NCBI GenBank assembly: GCA_050115495.1
Contig: JASFQK010000015.1
Location: forward strand, 32,001 to 96,000
Length of the DNA stretch: 64,000 nucleotides
From: Phycisphaerae bacterium
Lineage (GTDB): Bacteria > Planctomycetota > Phycisphaerae > UBA1845 > Fen-1342
Reading direction: 5' to 3'
Part shown: one piece after another, positions 28,815 through 37,558 of the stretch
Layout of the letters: the number at the start of each line of letters is the position of its first letter
Position numbering within the stretch: the first letter of the stretch is position 1
The notes under the pieces: model-generated
What the model saw: the letters and a program-made list of their open reading frames with translations, nothing else
What the model was told of the DNA's origin: nothing
Database searches by the model: none
Program-made: the position numbers and the translations under genes

Positions 28815-30374
28815 CTAATCGAACAACCCCGGCTGCCGCGGATCCTCCGCCGTACCGCGGAATTCGCCATCCGCCAGCTCGGTGACGATCCGCTGGCCAT
28901 CGCGCACGTCCTGCACGCTGCGCAGCACTCGCCGCGTGCGGGCGTCTCGCGTGATGCTGTACCCCCGGCGGAGCACACCGCGGGGGTCGTACGCCGTGAG
29001 CGCCTCCAGCCGGGCCCGAAGCTCGTGCCGCCGCTCGCGCAACAGGCCACGGGCCGCCCTCTCCAGCCGAGCGACCGTCTGCCGCAGGTGCTCGTCCTGC
29101 CGAGCCACGCGGCCGGCGGGCCGGACGCGTTGCAGGCGCGTGCGCATTTCCGCCAGCCGCAGGCCGTCCTGCATCACCGCCCGATTCATCGCCCGGTGCA
29201 ACGCGTACAGCCGCTCGGCCACGCGCTCACTGAGTCGGCGGAAATGAGCCCCGCTACGAAAACGCAGGATGACCAGCTCCGCATGCTCCAGCCGCCGGCG
29301 AGCCGACAGGAAACGCTCGTGCGTCGCCAGCCGCAAGCGTTGCTGCAATTCGTCGATGCGCTGCCCACGCTGGCGTACGCGTTCGCGGGGCCGGGCCAAC
29401 GCATCGGCCGCGACCGTCGCCCGCAGCCGTGCTTCCGCCAGGGCGACCGCGTGACGCACAATCCGCGACGCCTGGTCCGTGCGCTGCGCCAGCCAGGCCA
29501 GCAGATCGCTGAGCTTCGGGGCAATCAGTTCCGCGGCGGCGGTCGGTGTCGCGGCTCGCACATCGGCGACGAGGTCGCAGATGCTGACGTCAACTTCGTG
29601 CCCGACGGCGCTGACGATCGGAATCCGGCTGGCCGCAACCGCCCGCGCGACGACTTCCTCACTGAACGCCCACAGGTCTTCGAGCGAACCCCCGCCGCGG
29701 CCGACGATGGCCACGTCAATCCCGCCGAAATGCTCGGCGTGCGTGTTCATCTGCTCGATCGCGTCGGCGATTTCGCGGGCCGCCCCCTCGCCCTGCACGC
29801 GGACCGGGAAGATCAGGATCTCCAGTGGCGGAAATCGTCGCCGGAGTGTCTGGAGGATGTCCCGTATGGCGGCGCCGGTCGGGCTGGTCACGACGGCGAC
29901 GCGGCGCGGCACGCGCGGCAGCGGCCGTTTCCGCTGCGGGTCGAACAAGCCTTCCCGTTCGAGCTTCTCCCGCACCTGGCGAAACGCGAGTTCGAGCGCG
30001 CCGACGCCGCGTGGTTCGAGCTTGCGCACGTAGAGCTGATACGTCCCGCGCGGCAGGTAGACCTCGACGCCGCCGGTGGCGATGACCTCCATGCCAACTT
30101 CGGGCGTGAACTTCAGCTTGGCGGCGGTGCTCCGCCACATGACGCACTGAAGCTCGCTGTGCGGGTCTTTGAGCGTGAAATAGACGTGGCCGCTGGATGG
30201 TCGCGACAGGTCGCCGATCTCGCCGAGAACGTGCAGCGTTTGCGGCAGATGCTGATTCAGCGCCCCGCGAACCATCTCGTTGACCTGCCGCGGGCTGAGC
30301 GTGGACACAGAGCCACCCGCCGGCGGTTCCGGCACACGCACGCGCGATGGGTCAAACAGCGGACGTTCGGACAC
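28815..30374 (-). CDS. xseA: Exodeoxyribonuclease VII large subunit
   Basis: SGHVYFTLKD, VTSPTGAAIRD, RGGGSLEDLWAF, SAVGHEVD, TPTAAAE, LRRGYSI. Confidence 0.95.
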   Translation of the reverse strand: MSERPLFDPSRVRVPEPPAGGSVSTLSPRQVNEMVRGALNQHLPQTLHVLGEIGDLSRPSSGHVYFTLKDPHSELQCVMWRSTAAKLKFTPEVGMEVIATGGVEVYLPRGTYQLYVRKLEPRGVGALELAFRQVREKLEREGLFDPQRKRPLPRVPRRVAVVTSPTGAAIRDILQTLRRRFPPLEILIFPVRVQGEGAAREIADAIEQMNTHAEHFGGIDVAIVGRGGGSLEDLWAFSEEVVARAVAASRIPIVSAVGHEVDVSICDLVADVRAATPTAAAELIAPKLSDLLAWLAQRTDQASRIVRHAVALAEARLRATVAADALARPRERVRQRGQRIDELQQRLRLATHERFLSARRRLEHAELVILRFRSGAHFRRLSERVAERLYALHRAMNRAVMQDGLRLAEMRTRLQRVRPAGRVARQDEHLRQTVARLERAARGLLRERRHELRARLEALTAYDPRGVLRRGYSITRDARTRRVLRSVQDVRDGQRIVTELADGEFRGTAEDPRQPGLFD

Positions 30375-30469
30375 GGCACCTCACCCGCGATCTGCCAACC
30401 AGCCAACCCTAACACCCCCGCAACCCCGCGCCAACGCGCTGTACACATGGCCGCCGACAGGAGCCCTTG

Positions 30470-30510
30470 AAAACAAACGAGCCGCCCCGTTGGTAAGCGG
30501 GACGGCCCGT
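30470..30510 (-). terminator. Intrinsic terminator after rplM-rpsI
   Basis: Minus strand ACGGGCCGTCCCG-loop-CGGGGCGGCTCGT followed by TTGTTTT, about 30 bp after the rpsI stop. Confidence 0.6.
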
Positions 30511-30538
30511 GATTGGCTTGATAGCGCCGGCGGAGCGA

Positions 30539-31219
30539 CTAACGCTTCGAGAACTGGAAGCTGCGCCGCGCCTTGCGGTGACCGTACTTCTTGCGCTCCA
30601 CTTTGCGGGCGTCACGAGTGAGCAGCCCGGCGTCGCGCAACGTCACCTCAAAGGATGGATCGGCCTTCGTCAGGGCGCGGGCCAGACCCATGCGGATGGC
30701 GTTGCTCTGCCCGGTCGTGCCACCGCCGCGAACGTTGACGAACACGTCCCAACGACTGGCGGTATCGGTCAGCTTGAGCGGGGCCAGCACCGCGTTGCGA
30801 TCCTGCAACTCGGTGAAGTAGACCTCGATGTCGCGCTTGTTTACCTGGACCTTGCCCGAGCCGGGCTTGACGCGGACGCGGGCCACGGAGGTCTTCCGTC
30901 GACCGGTACCCCAGTACGCGCCGCCGTGCCCAGGCTTCTGGGGCGCGGGCTGCGGCTCCGTCACGAGCGTCTCTGTCGTCTCCGTCGTCTCCGTGGCGAC
31001 CGTCACCGGTTCATCACTGACAGGCGGCGCATCGGGCGTCACGTCAACCTCGGAGGCGGCGGGCGCCTCAGGCGCCGGCGGTGTTGCGGATGCCTCAGGG
31101 GCCGACGGCGTTGCAGGCGCCTCAGGCGCCGGCGGCGTGGCGGGTGCCTCGGGGGCCGGCGGCGTGGCGGACGACTCGGGCGGGGTCGGTACCGGCTGCT
31201 GGGCTTCAGCTTCAGTCAC
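30539..31219 (-). CDS. rpsI: 30S ribosomal protein S9 with long Pro/Ala/Glu-rich N-terminal extension
   Basis: [41 protein letters not shown] start with AGGAG RBS. Confidence 0.95.
   Translation of the reverse strand: MTEAEAQQPVPTPPESSATPPAPEAPATPPAPEAPATPSAPEASATPPAPEAPAASEVDVTPDAPPVSDEPVTVATETTETTETLVTEPQPAPQKPGHGGAYWGTGRRKTSVARVRVKPGSGKVQVNKRDIEVYFTELQDRNAVLAPLKLTDTASRWDVFVNVRGGGTTGQSNAIRMGLARALTKADPSFEVTLRDAGLLTRDARKVERKKYGHRKARRSFQFSKR
31059..31186. repeat. 27-bp tandem repeat (4 full copies plus a partial) inside the rpsI extension
   Basis: Units start at 31059, 31086, 31113 and 31140 and encode TP(P/S)APEA(P/S)A. Confidence 0.85.
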
Positions 31220-31238
31220 GTCGTGGGCTCCTCAGCAA

Positions 31239-31679
31239 TCACATGGGCAGCGGTTCGGGCTGCTGGGCCTGGTGCCGATGCTCAGATCCTTTGTACAGCT
31301 TCAGCTTCTTCAGCATGCGACCACCCAGCGGGCTCTTCGGTAGCATCCGCCGGACGGCCTCGTGCAGCACGCGCTCCGGGTGCCGTTCAAGCACGCGAGC
31401 CATGCTGACCTCTTTCTGGCCGCCGGGGTAACCAGTGTACCGCTGGTACGTCACGGTTTCCTTCTTGTGGCCGGTCACCTTCACGTCGCCGGCGTTGAGC
31501 ACGATGACGAAGTCGCCGGTGTCCACGTGCGGCGTATAGGTGGGCTTGTTCTTGCCCATCAGCACGGTGGCGATGCGGACCGCCAGACGGCCCAGCACCT
31601 GGTCCGTCGCATCCACGACGTACCACTTCTGCTCCACCTCGCCGGGCTTCGCCTGAAACGATTTGTTTGCCGTCTTCAT
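31239..31679 (-). CDS. rplM: 50S ribosomal protein L13
   Basis: WYVVDA, LGRLA, GKNKPTYTPHVDTGD, GYPGG, AQQP. Confidence 0.96.
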   Translation of the reverse strand: MKTANKSFQAKPGEVEQKWYVVDATDQVLGRLAVRIATVLMGKNKPTYTPHVDTGDFVIVLNAGDVKVTGHKKETVTYQRYTGYPGGQKEVSMARVLERHPERVLHEAVRRMLPKSPLGGRMLKKLKLYKGSEHRHQAQQPEPLPM

Positions 31680-31735
31680 AGCACTTCCCATTGCTGCGGA
31701 GCCAGCAGGCCCCGACATGAGCCAGAGAATTACTT

Positions 31736-31763
31736 ATTCTACGATGCCCCCTCGCCGTGTCAA
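31736..31763 (-). promoter_or_regulatory. Putative sigma70 promoter of rplM-rpsI
   Basis: Minus strand TTGACA-N16-TAGAAT. Confidence 0.6.
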
Positions 31764-31771
31764 GAACCGCC

Positions 31772-32929
31772 TCAGGCCCGCTCCACCAGCCGGTCAATCA
31801 GGTAATCCGATTCGGCCAGGGCCCGCCCCGTGAAGCTACCGAAAAACTCCCGAACCTGGCGGTAGACCTCGGCGAACGCCGCCCGGTCCCCCCCGGCCGC
31901 GATTTCCCGCAGCCGCTCCGCCGACGCCACGAACGCCCCCGTCACCTCGTCCCGACGCGGGTTCGACATCTGGATCGCCCCGTACAACTCCGGCGACTGG
32001 CCGAAATGCCGGGCCGTCATCAGCAGCTCCAGCAGGTAGATCGGCGACGTGAACGCCAGCGTCCGCTCCAGCGACACCCCCAGCTCCACCAACGTCCTGC
32101 CCAGGACTTCCGTCGAGAAGTGCACCAGCACCTGGACGATGGACATGGCTTGGTCGTGCTCGTCCGGCGTCGTTTCGAGGATGTTCAGGCCGCGGGCGTG
32201 GAGCATCCGCCGCAGCCAGGCCAGCCACTCGTCCCCCCGCCCGGGCGTCAGGACGATCCGCTGCCCCTGGAGCGAGTGCACGGAAGGTCCGAAAAGCGGG
32301 TGCGTACCGACAACGCTGGCCGTCGAGGCTTCCATCATCGCCCGCAGCGGCTCGGTCTTGACCGAGGTGACGTCCATCAACAGGGCGTCCGCCCGAACGA
32401 GCGGCCCCAACTCCCGAACCACCTGTTCGGTCACGTCGATCGGCACGCTGATGACGACGACATCCGCCACGGCCGCGGCCTCTGCCGGCGTAAGGCGCGT
32501 GTTCAGATCGGCAACCATGACCGTATGCCCGAGGTCGCTGAACATCTCGACGAGGCACCGCCCCATCGCCCCCTCCCCGCCGATGACGGCCACGGAACGT
32601 GGCTCGACGTCGGCCGGCAATTCGGCCTTGAGTGATGCCTGCCGGTCGCGGCTGGCCCACAGCACCAACCGGAAGAGGCTCTCGATCAGCTCTGGCGAAA
32701 GACCGAGTTGCTGCGCCCGCCGGCGACGGTCGCCGAGCAACTCCTGCTCACGCTGGTGATCGCGGATATCGAGGCGGTGCTCGCGCTTGAATTGCGCGAT
32801 TTCGGCGACGATGCCATTTCGGCGGGACAGGAGCTGGAGGATCTCCCGATCCAGCGCGTCGATCATGGCCCGCAGGATCGGCAACGGGCGAACGGCGGGC
32901 GTCTCGTTAGCGGGATCCATCGGGTTCAT
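31772..32929 (-). CDS. tyrA: Bifunctional chorismate mutase/prephenate dehydrogenase
   Basis: AroQ domain (LRAMIDALDREIL), GGEGAMG, DVTSVK, HPLFGP, HDQAM..VQ. Start 32929 or 32920. Confidence 0.9.
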   Translation of the reverse strand: MNPMDPANETPAVRPLPILRAMIDALDREILQLLSRRNGIVAEIAQFKREHRLDIRDHQREQELLGDRRRRAQQLGLSPELIESLFRLVLWASRDRQASLKAELPADVEPRSVAVIGGEGAMGRCLVEMFSDLGHTVMVADLNTRLTPAEAAAVADVVVISVPIDVTEQVVRELGPLVRADALLMDVTSVKTEPLRAMMEASTASVVGTHPLFGPSVHSLQGQRIVLTPGRGDEWLAWLRRMLHARGLNILETTPDEHDQAMSIVQVLVHFSTEVLGRTLVELGVSLERTLAFTSPIYLLELLMTARHFGQSPELYGAIQMSNPRRDEVTGAFVASAERLREIAAGGDRAAFAEVYRQVREFFGSFTGRALAESDYLIDRLVERA

Positions 32930-33092
32930 GTCGCTGTAGGCCGCCGACTGCGGCTCAAAGATCGTGGCGTCCGCCTTCTCTATCGGTTGGCCGGGGGCGA
33001 CGAACGGTCCGAAAACACGGCGATTGTCGCCCAGCCGGCGTCCGGTACGATATGCGATCGACGCCATCCGTCTCACCAGCCCGGGAGCTGAC

Positions 33093-34262
33093 ATGTCCGA
33101 GTTCGACTATCGCACCGCCGGCGAATCGCACGGAAAAGCCCTCATCGTCCTGCTCGAAGGCCTGCCGGCGGATCTCGCCCTGGACACGGCCCTCATTGAC
33201 GCGGAGCTCCGCCGACGGCAAGGCGGCTACGGCCGCGGCGGACGCATGAAGATCGAGCACGACACGGCAGATGTGCTCAGCGGCGTGCGCCACGGGCGGA
33301 CGATTGGCTCGCCCATCGCGTTGCAAATCGCGAACCAGGACTGCCGAATCGAAACCGCTCCCGAAATCAACCGGCCGCGGCCGGGCCACGCCGACCTGGC
33401 CGGCAGTCTCAAGTGGCTCACAACGGACTGCCGCGGCACGCTGGAACGGGCGTCAGCTCGCGAGACAGCGGCTCGCGTGGCGGCTGGTGCGGCCGCCAGG
33501 TGCCTTCTGCGCGAGTTTGGCGTGGCCTGCGTAGGGTTCGTTGCCGAGATTGGCGGTGTGCGGGCCAGCGTGCCGGACGACATGACGCCCGAGCAGCTCG
33601 TCGCGATCCGCGACGCGAACGAGGCGTATACGCCCGATGCCCCCTGCGCCCCGCGCATGATCGAGGCGATCCGCGAGGCGAAGCGGGCGAAGGACACGAT
33701 CGGCGGCGTGATCGAGGTGCGAGCGTTCGGTCTGCCGGCAGGGCTCGGCACGTGCGCGACCGGGCGAGGTCGGCTGGACGGCCGGCTGATGGGGGCGGTC
33801 GGATCGATTCAGGCGATCAAGGGAGTGGAAATCGGGATTGGTTTCGAGGCCGCCCGCCTTCCGGGCAGCAGCGTGCACGACCCGATTCATTTCGACGCCA
33901 GCCAGCGACAATCGGCGAGCCTGGGTTTCGTCCGGCCAACGAACAACGCCGGCGGGATCGAAGGCGGCATGACCAACGGTATGCCGCTGGTTTTACGGGC
34001 GGCGATGAAGCCGATCAGCACGCTCACGCAGGGCATGGACAGCGTCAACCTGAAGACGCTCCAGGCGGAGCGCAGCGATTACGAGCGCAGCGACGTCTGT
34101 GCCGTACCGGCGGCGAGTGTCGTGGTTGAGAACATCGTCGCATTTGAGCTGGCCCGGGCGTGGCTGGAGCGGTTCGCGGGCGACACGCTGGGCCAAGTGC
34201 GGGCGGCGTACGAGCACTGGGCGGCCAGCGCCCGGGCGCTGGCCTCACCCGCCAGCAGTTGA
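33093..34262 (+). CDS. aroC: Chorismate synthase
   Basis: TAGESHG, RRQGGYGRGGRM, PRPGHAD, ERASARETA, GGIEGGMTNG, ERSDVC. Confidence 0.96.
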   Translation: MSEFDYRTAGESHGKALIVLLEGLPADLALDTALIDAELRRRQGGYGRGGRMKIEHDTADVLSGVRHGRTIGSPIALQIANQDCRIETAPEINRPRPGHADLAGSLKWLTTDCRGTLERASARETAARVAAGAAARCLLREFGVACVGFVAEIGGVRASVPDDMTPEQLVAIRDANEAYTPDAPCAPRMIEAIREAKRAKDTIGGVIEVRAFGLPAGLGTCATGRGRLDGRLMGAVGSIQAIKGVEIGIGFEAARLPGSSVHDPIHFDASQRQSASLGFVRPTNNAGGIEGGMTNGMPLVLRAAMKPISTLTQGMDSVNLKTLQAERSDYERSDVCAVPAASVVVENIVAFELARAWLERFAGDTLGQVRAAYEHWAASARALASPASS

Positions 34263-34350
34263 GGTTCTCCCCCCAAATGCACGGCGGGCAGCCCTCGTCA
34301 GGGCCGCCCGCCACGCTTGCAACCGTTCCCAGCGGAAGGTCGCTTCGTTC

Positions 34351-35220
34351 CTAGCGGCGACGCAGCAGCGTCAGCGCGCCGAGACCGATCAGCACGAGGC
34401 TGGCGGGCTCGGGAACGATGTTGATCGTGTAGGCATCCTGCATGCCGGCGGTGCCGTAGCTCACGCCGTTGAAGGTGCCGGGGGTGATGCCGCGGCCAGC
34501 GCCGTAGCTCAACGTGCCGCTCCACTGGATCTCTGCACAGTCACCGGCTTCGGTGATCGAGCCGCGCGGCGTGTTGGCCCAGTAGTCGCCGCTGTTGAGG
34601 TTGTGATCGAACGGGTCGTTGGCAATGCTGCCCTGGCCATGCGGGTCGTCGAAGACGAACAACGGCTGATCGTAGCTCCAGCCGATGCGGCCGATCGAGC
34701 TGTACGACAGGATGTCGCCGGCCGTACCTGCACTGTCGTACGCGGCGAAGGCCTGGCTGTCCCCGGTCACCGAGTTGCTGCCGGGGCTGTCGCTGTCGTA
34801 CTGCCACTCGTCGACCAGGACGCCGTCGGCGTCGTAGAGCTGGATCAGATCATCGGGACCGTTCTGGATCTCGTTGCTCCCCCATCCGGCGGGCGTGTAG
34901 TCGAGCGCGCCGGGGAAGGCATTCGCGGTCGTGGTATCGAACTGACCGATGACGAAGAAGCCACCGTTTCCGCCCCACTCGCTGGTGAAGTCGTTCGGAA
35001 TCGCGCCCTGCAGCGAGTACGATCCGTAGACAGAACCCACCTGATTCATGAACACGAGCGTCCAACCACTCAGGTCGGTGCCGGCTTCACCGACGAGCTC
35101 GACCCATTCGGTCGTGTCGGTGCCGGGGTTCTGGTAGTCGCACTCATTGATCGCGACCGCGGTCGCAAACGACGGCACGCACAGCGCCGCCACGGCCAGC
35201 ATGCAAACCAACTTCGACAT
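34351..35220 (-). CDS. PEP-CTERM sorting-domain surface protein with lamin-tail-like N-terminal domain
   Basis: Signal peptide, INExxY...EWVEL motif, C-terminal VPEPASLVLIGLGALTLLRRR. Confidence 0.88.
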   Translation of the reverse strand: MSKLVCMLAVAALCVPSFATAVAINECDYQNPGTDTTEWVELVGEAGTDLSGWTLVFMNQVGSVYGSYSLQGAIPNDFTSEWGGNGGFFVIGQFDTTTANAFPGALDYTPAGWGSNEIQNGPDDLIQLYDADGVLVDEWQYDSDSPGSNSVTGDSQAFAAYDSAGTAGDILSYSSIGRIGWSYDQPLFVFDDPHGQGSIANDPFDHNLNSGDYWANTPRGSITEAGDCAEIQWSGTLSYGAGRGITPGTFNGVSYGTAGMQDAYTINIVPEPASLVLIGLGALTLLRRR

Positions 35221-35485
35221 TCCTACTCCTCCTGTGTGTTAAGGTTTCCCTATGTGGCTAGTCCGAATCCCTGCAGCGATACTCCTCGCCAGACAGGGAT
35301 TCCTTCACATTACGCCGATTCAACTAGTAGTACGGGGAGGGGGGTGTAGCGCCATCCTCTTCCTCCATCCTCTCTCTCGTGGGACAGAATACTACGCGCC
35401 CTTCAAGGGTCAACCGGCGGCCGTATGAAAACGGTGTTAATTCGGGCGACGGTCCTGTGACGCACATTGACGGCCTGGCGGCAGG

Positions 35486-36868
35486 TCAAGTGACGTCACC
35501 GCGCGGGCCGGCCAGCTCTTCGCGGTCGGGAGCGCATTCGCGAGGCGGGCGGTCGTCTGCGGCGGCCATTCGGCGGAACAGCATAAACGACGTGCCGGCA
35601 AGAACGAGCGCGATCCCGAAAGACCAGTAGCCGAGGTAGTAGTTAGCGGTCCAGCCGGCCAGAGGCATGAGCAGTCCGCGCAGGCCGGTGAGGGCGACAT
35701 GGATGCCCATGTAGAGCTCGGTCTGGTGTTCACGGGCGAAATGGAGGTGTCCAATGTTCCAGGCGATGGCGCCGCCGCCGTTACCGGTTCCGGACAGTAT
35801 TCGTCCGATAAACAGGATAACCAGCGCCACCGGCAGCATTTCGATGCCCCACCAACCCACCACCGCCATCGACACCGTCACGCAGACGAAGGCGAGCAAC
35901 CAGCAGCCGCTGTTGTAGATCCGAAAGCGTAGCACACCCACGCGGTCGAAGAAGCGCGCCCAGAAGCGGATGGAGATCAACACCATCACGGTCGGCACTT
36001 GATAGAGCAGCAGCGTCGAATGGGAATAGCCCAAATCGAATCGGCGGGTCAGCACGTTGACCAGCACGGGGTCGGTGAAGAAGTTCGCCGAGCCGAGCAG
36101 GAACTGGGCAGACATGTACGCGGCGAAGACGCGGTCGGTGCGAAGAATGCCCGCGGCTTCCTTCAGACCGGCCCACAGGCCGCGGCCGCCGGCAGCATTC
36201 GACTCGCGTTCGGCGAGGTGCATGTGCAGGCGACGCAATTCGGCCCGCTCGCCACGCATGCGCATGCGCCGCAACGGCCACAGCGACAGCAGGCCCAGCA
36301 CGGCGACGCCCGGATACACGTAGCGATACAGGTCCGGGTTGCGGTCGAACAGGGCACTGAGCGACGCCACGGTCAGCAGCGAGAGCAGCAGACGCAATGT
36401 CTGGATGCGGCCGGCGATCTGCGCGCGGTGCGAGCCCGGGTAGTTCGCCTTCCACATCGTCGTCCGCAACGTCACCAGCCCCGAAAGGAACAGGTGCGTG
36501 AGGCCGACCTGACCCGCGAAGAGCCAGGCGCTCCAGGGCTGCCAGGCGGCCGAATTCAGGGCGATGGAAGAGAGACCCAGCAGCACGCCGCAGGCCAGGA
36601 TCGTGAACGTCCGGACACGCGGCCGGCCGCGGATGATCACGCTCCACAGGATATTGAGCAGGTTGGCGATGATGGGCGTGGCGAACACGAGCGAAGTGAG
36701 CAGTTCCGGAGCGCCGAATGTCTTGGACGCCACGACGGAAGCGAAGGGCCCCTCGATGCTACCGACCACGCACCCCCATAGTGCCATGTGGCGCAGCTCA
36801 GCCGCGAGGTTTCGGCGAGCCAGGGCCGGGACGTCGCTCGTGCGCAGAAAATCGAAGATCCGGGTCAT
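35486..36868 (-). CDS. MFS-type transporter
   Basis: About 12 hydrophobic helices in two halves with a central loop; WARFFDRVG resembles MFS motif A. Confidence 0.75.
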   Translation of the reverse strand: MTRIFDFLRTSDVPALARRNLAAELRHMALWGCVVGSIEGPFASVVASKTFGAPELLTSLVFATPIIANLLNILWSVIIRGRPRVRTFTILACGVLLGLSSIALNSAAWQPWSAWLFAGQVGLTHLFLSGLVTLRTTMWKANYPGSHRAQIAGRIQTLRLLLSLLTVASLSALFDRNPDLYRYVYPGVAVLGLLSLWPLRRMRMRGERAELRRLHMHLAERESNAAGGRGLWAGLKEAAGILRTDRVFAAYMSAQFLLGSANFFTDPVLVNVLTRRFDLGYSHSTLLLYQVPTVMVLISIRFWARFFDRVGVLRFRIYNSGCWLLAFVCVTVSMAVVGWWGIEMLPVALVILFIGRILSGTGNGGGAIAWNIGHLHFAREHQTELYMGIHVALTGLRGLLMPLAGWTANYYLGYWSFGIALVLAGTSFMLFRRMAAADDRPPRECAPDREELAGPRGDVT

Positions 36869-36996
36869 GAAACCTACCTGGTAAGGCAGCGGATGATAGC
36901 GGCCGCCGCTGACAGGTTCGACGCCTGAGGGCGGGCAATCTCCGCGCCGCAGCCGCGCCGGCGGGGTTTTTATCGAGAGGGGCTAGCCGAATCACT

Positions 36997-37025
36997 TTGA
37001 CAGTGGGCGAGAGGCGGCGGATAAT
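36997..37025 (+). promoter_or_regulatory. Putative sigma70 promoter of tatA
   Basis: TTGACA-N17-GATAAT. Confidence 0.6.
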
Positions 37026-37156
37026 CCATGTAGAGTCGGAGACTTACTGAGGTTGCGGCGATCGCCGGCCGGGCCCCCAGGCAGGTGTGTCGCCGTGGCG
37101 TCGGGCTGCCGCGCAGGCGGCCGTAGCACGGGCAACCGGCTCTCGAAGGACTGGTT

Positions 37157-37450
37157 ATGCTGGCATTCTGGAGCGGCCTGAGTCCCTGGCACCTGTTACT
37201 CGTCGGAGCGTTAGCACTCCTTTTCTACGGGAATCGGCTGCCTGAAGTCGCGCGTTCCCTGGGCAAGGCCGTCAACGAGTTCAAGCGGGGCTTGCGCGAC
37301 GTGCAGGACGAAATCACGAACGAGCCGCCGCGTGACGAGCCCAAGCGGCTTCAGCCGCCCCTGGACGACGGCATCAAAGGTGGCGAGGTCAGTCAGGCCG
37401 CCAAGAAGGCCGAACACAGCGAGCCGGAAGAGTCCGACCGCGAGGAGTGA
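37157..37450 (+). CDS. tatA: Twin-arginine translocase TatA/TatE subunit
   Basis: TM helix followed by YGNRLPEVARSLGKAVNEFKRG. Confidence 0.92.
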   Translation: MLAFWSGLSPWHLLLVGALALLFYGNRLPEVARSLGKAVNEFKRGLRDVQDEITNEPPRDEPKRLQPPLDDGIKGGEVSQAAKKAEHSEPEESDREE

Positions 37451-37558
37451 AGCCCGCCGCCGGGCGACTTCCGCAACGAGCTCCGGTGCACGCCGGGCAC
37501 TTTGTTCCTGTAGCGATAACTGAGGCTCCGCACGAGCCGGCCCCCAGCGGGAGGGAGC

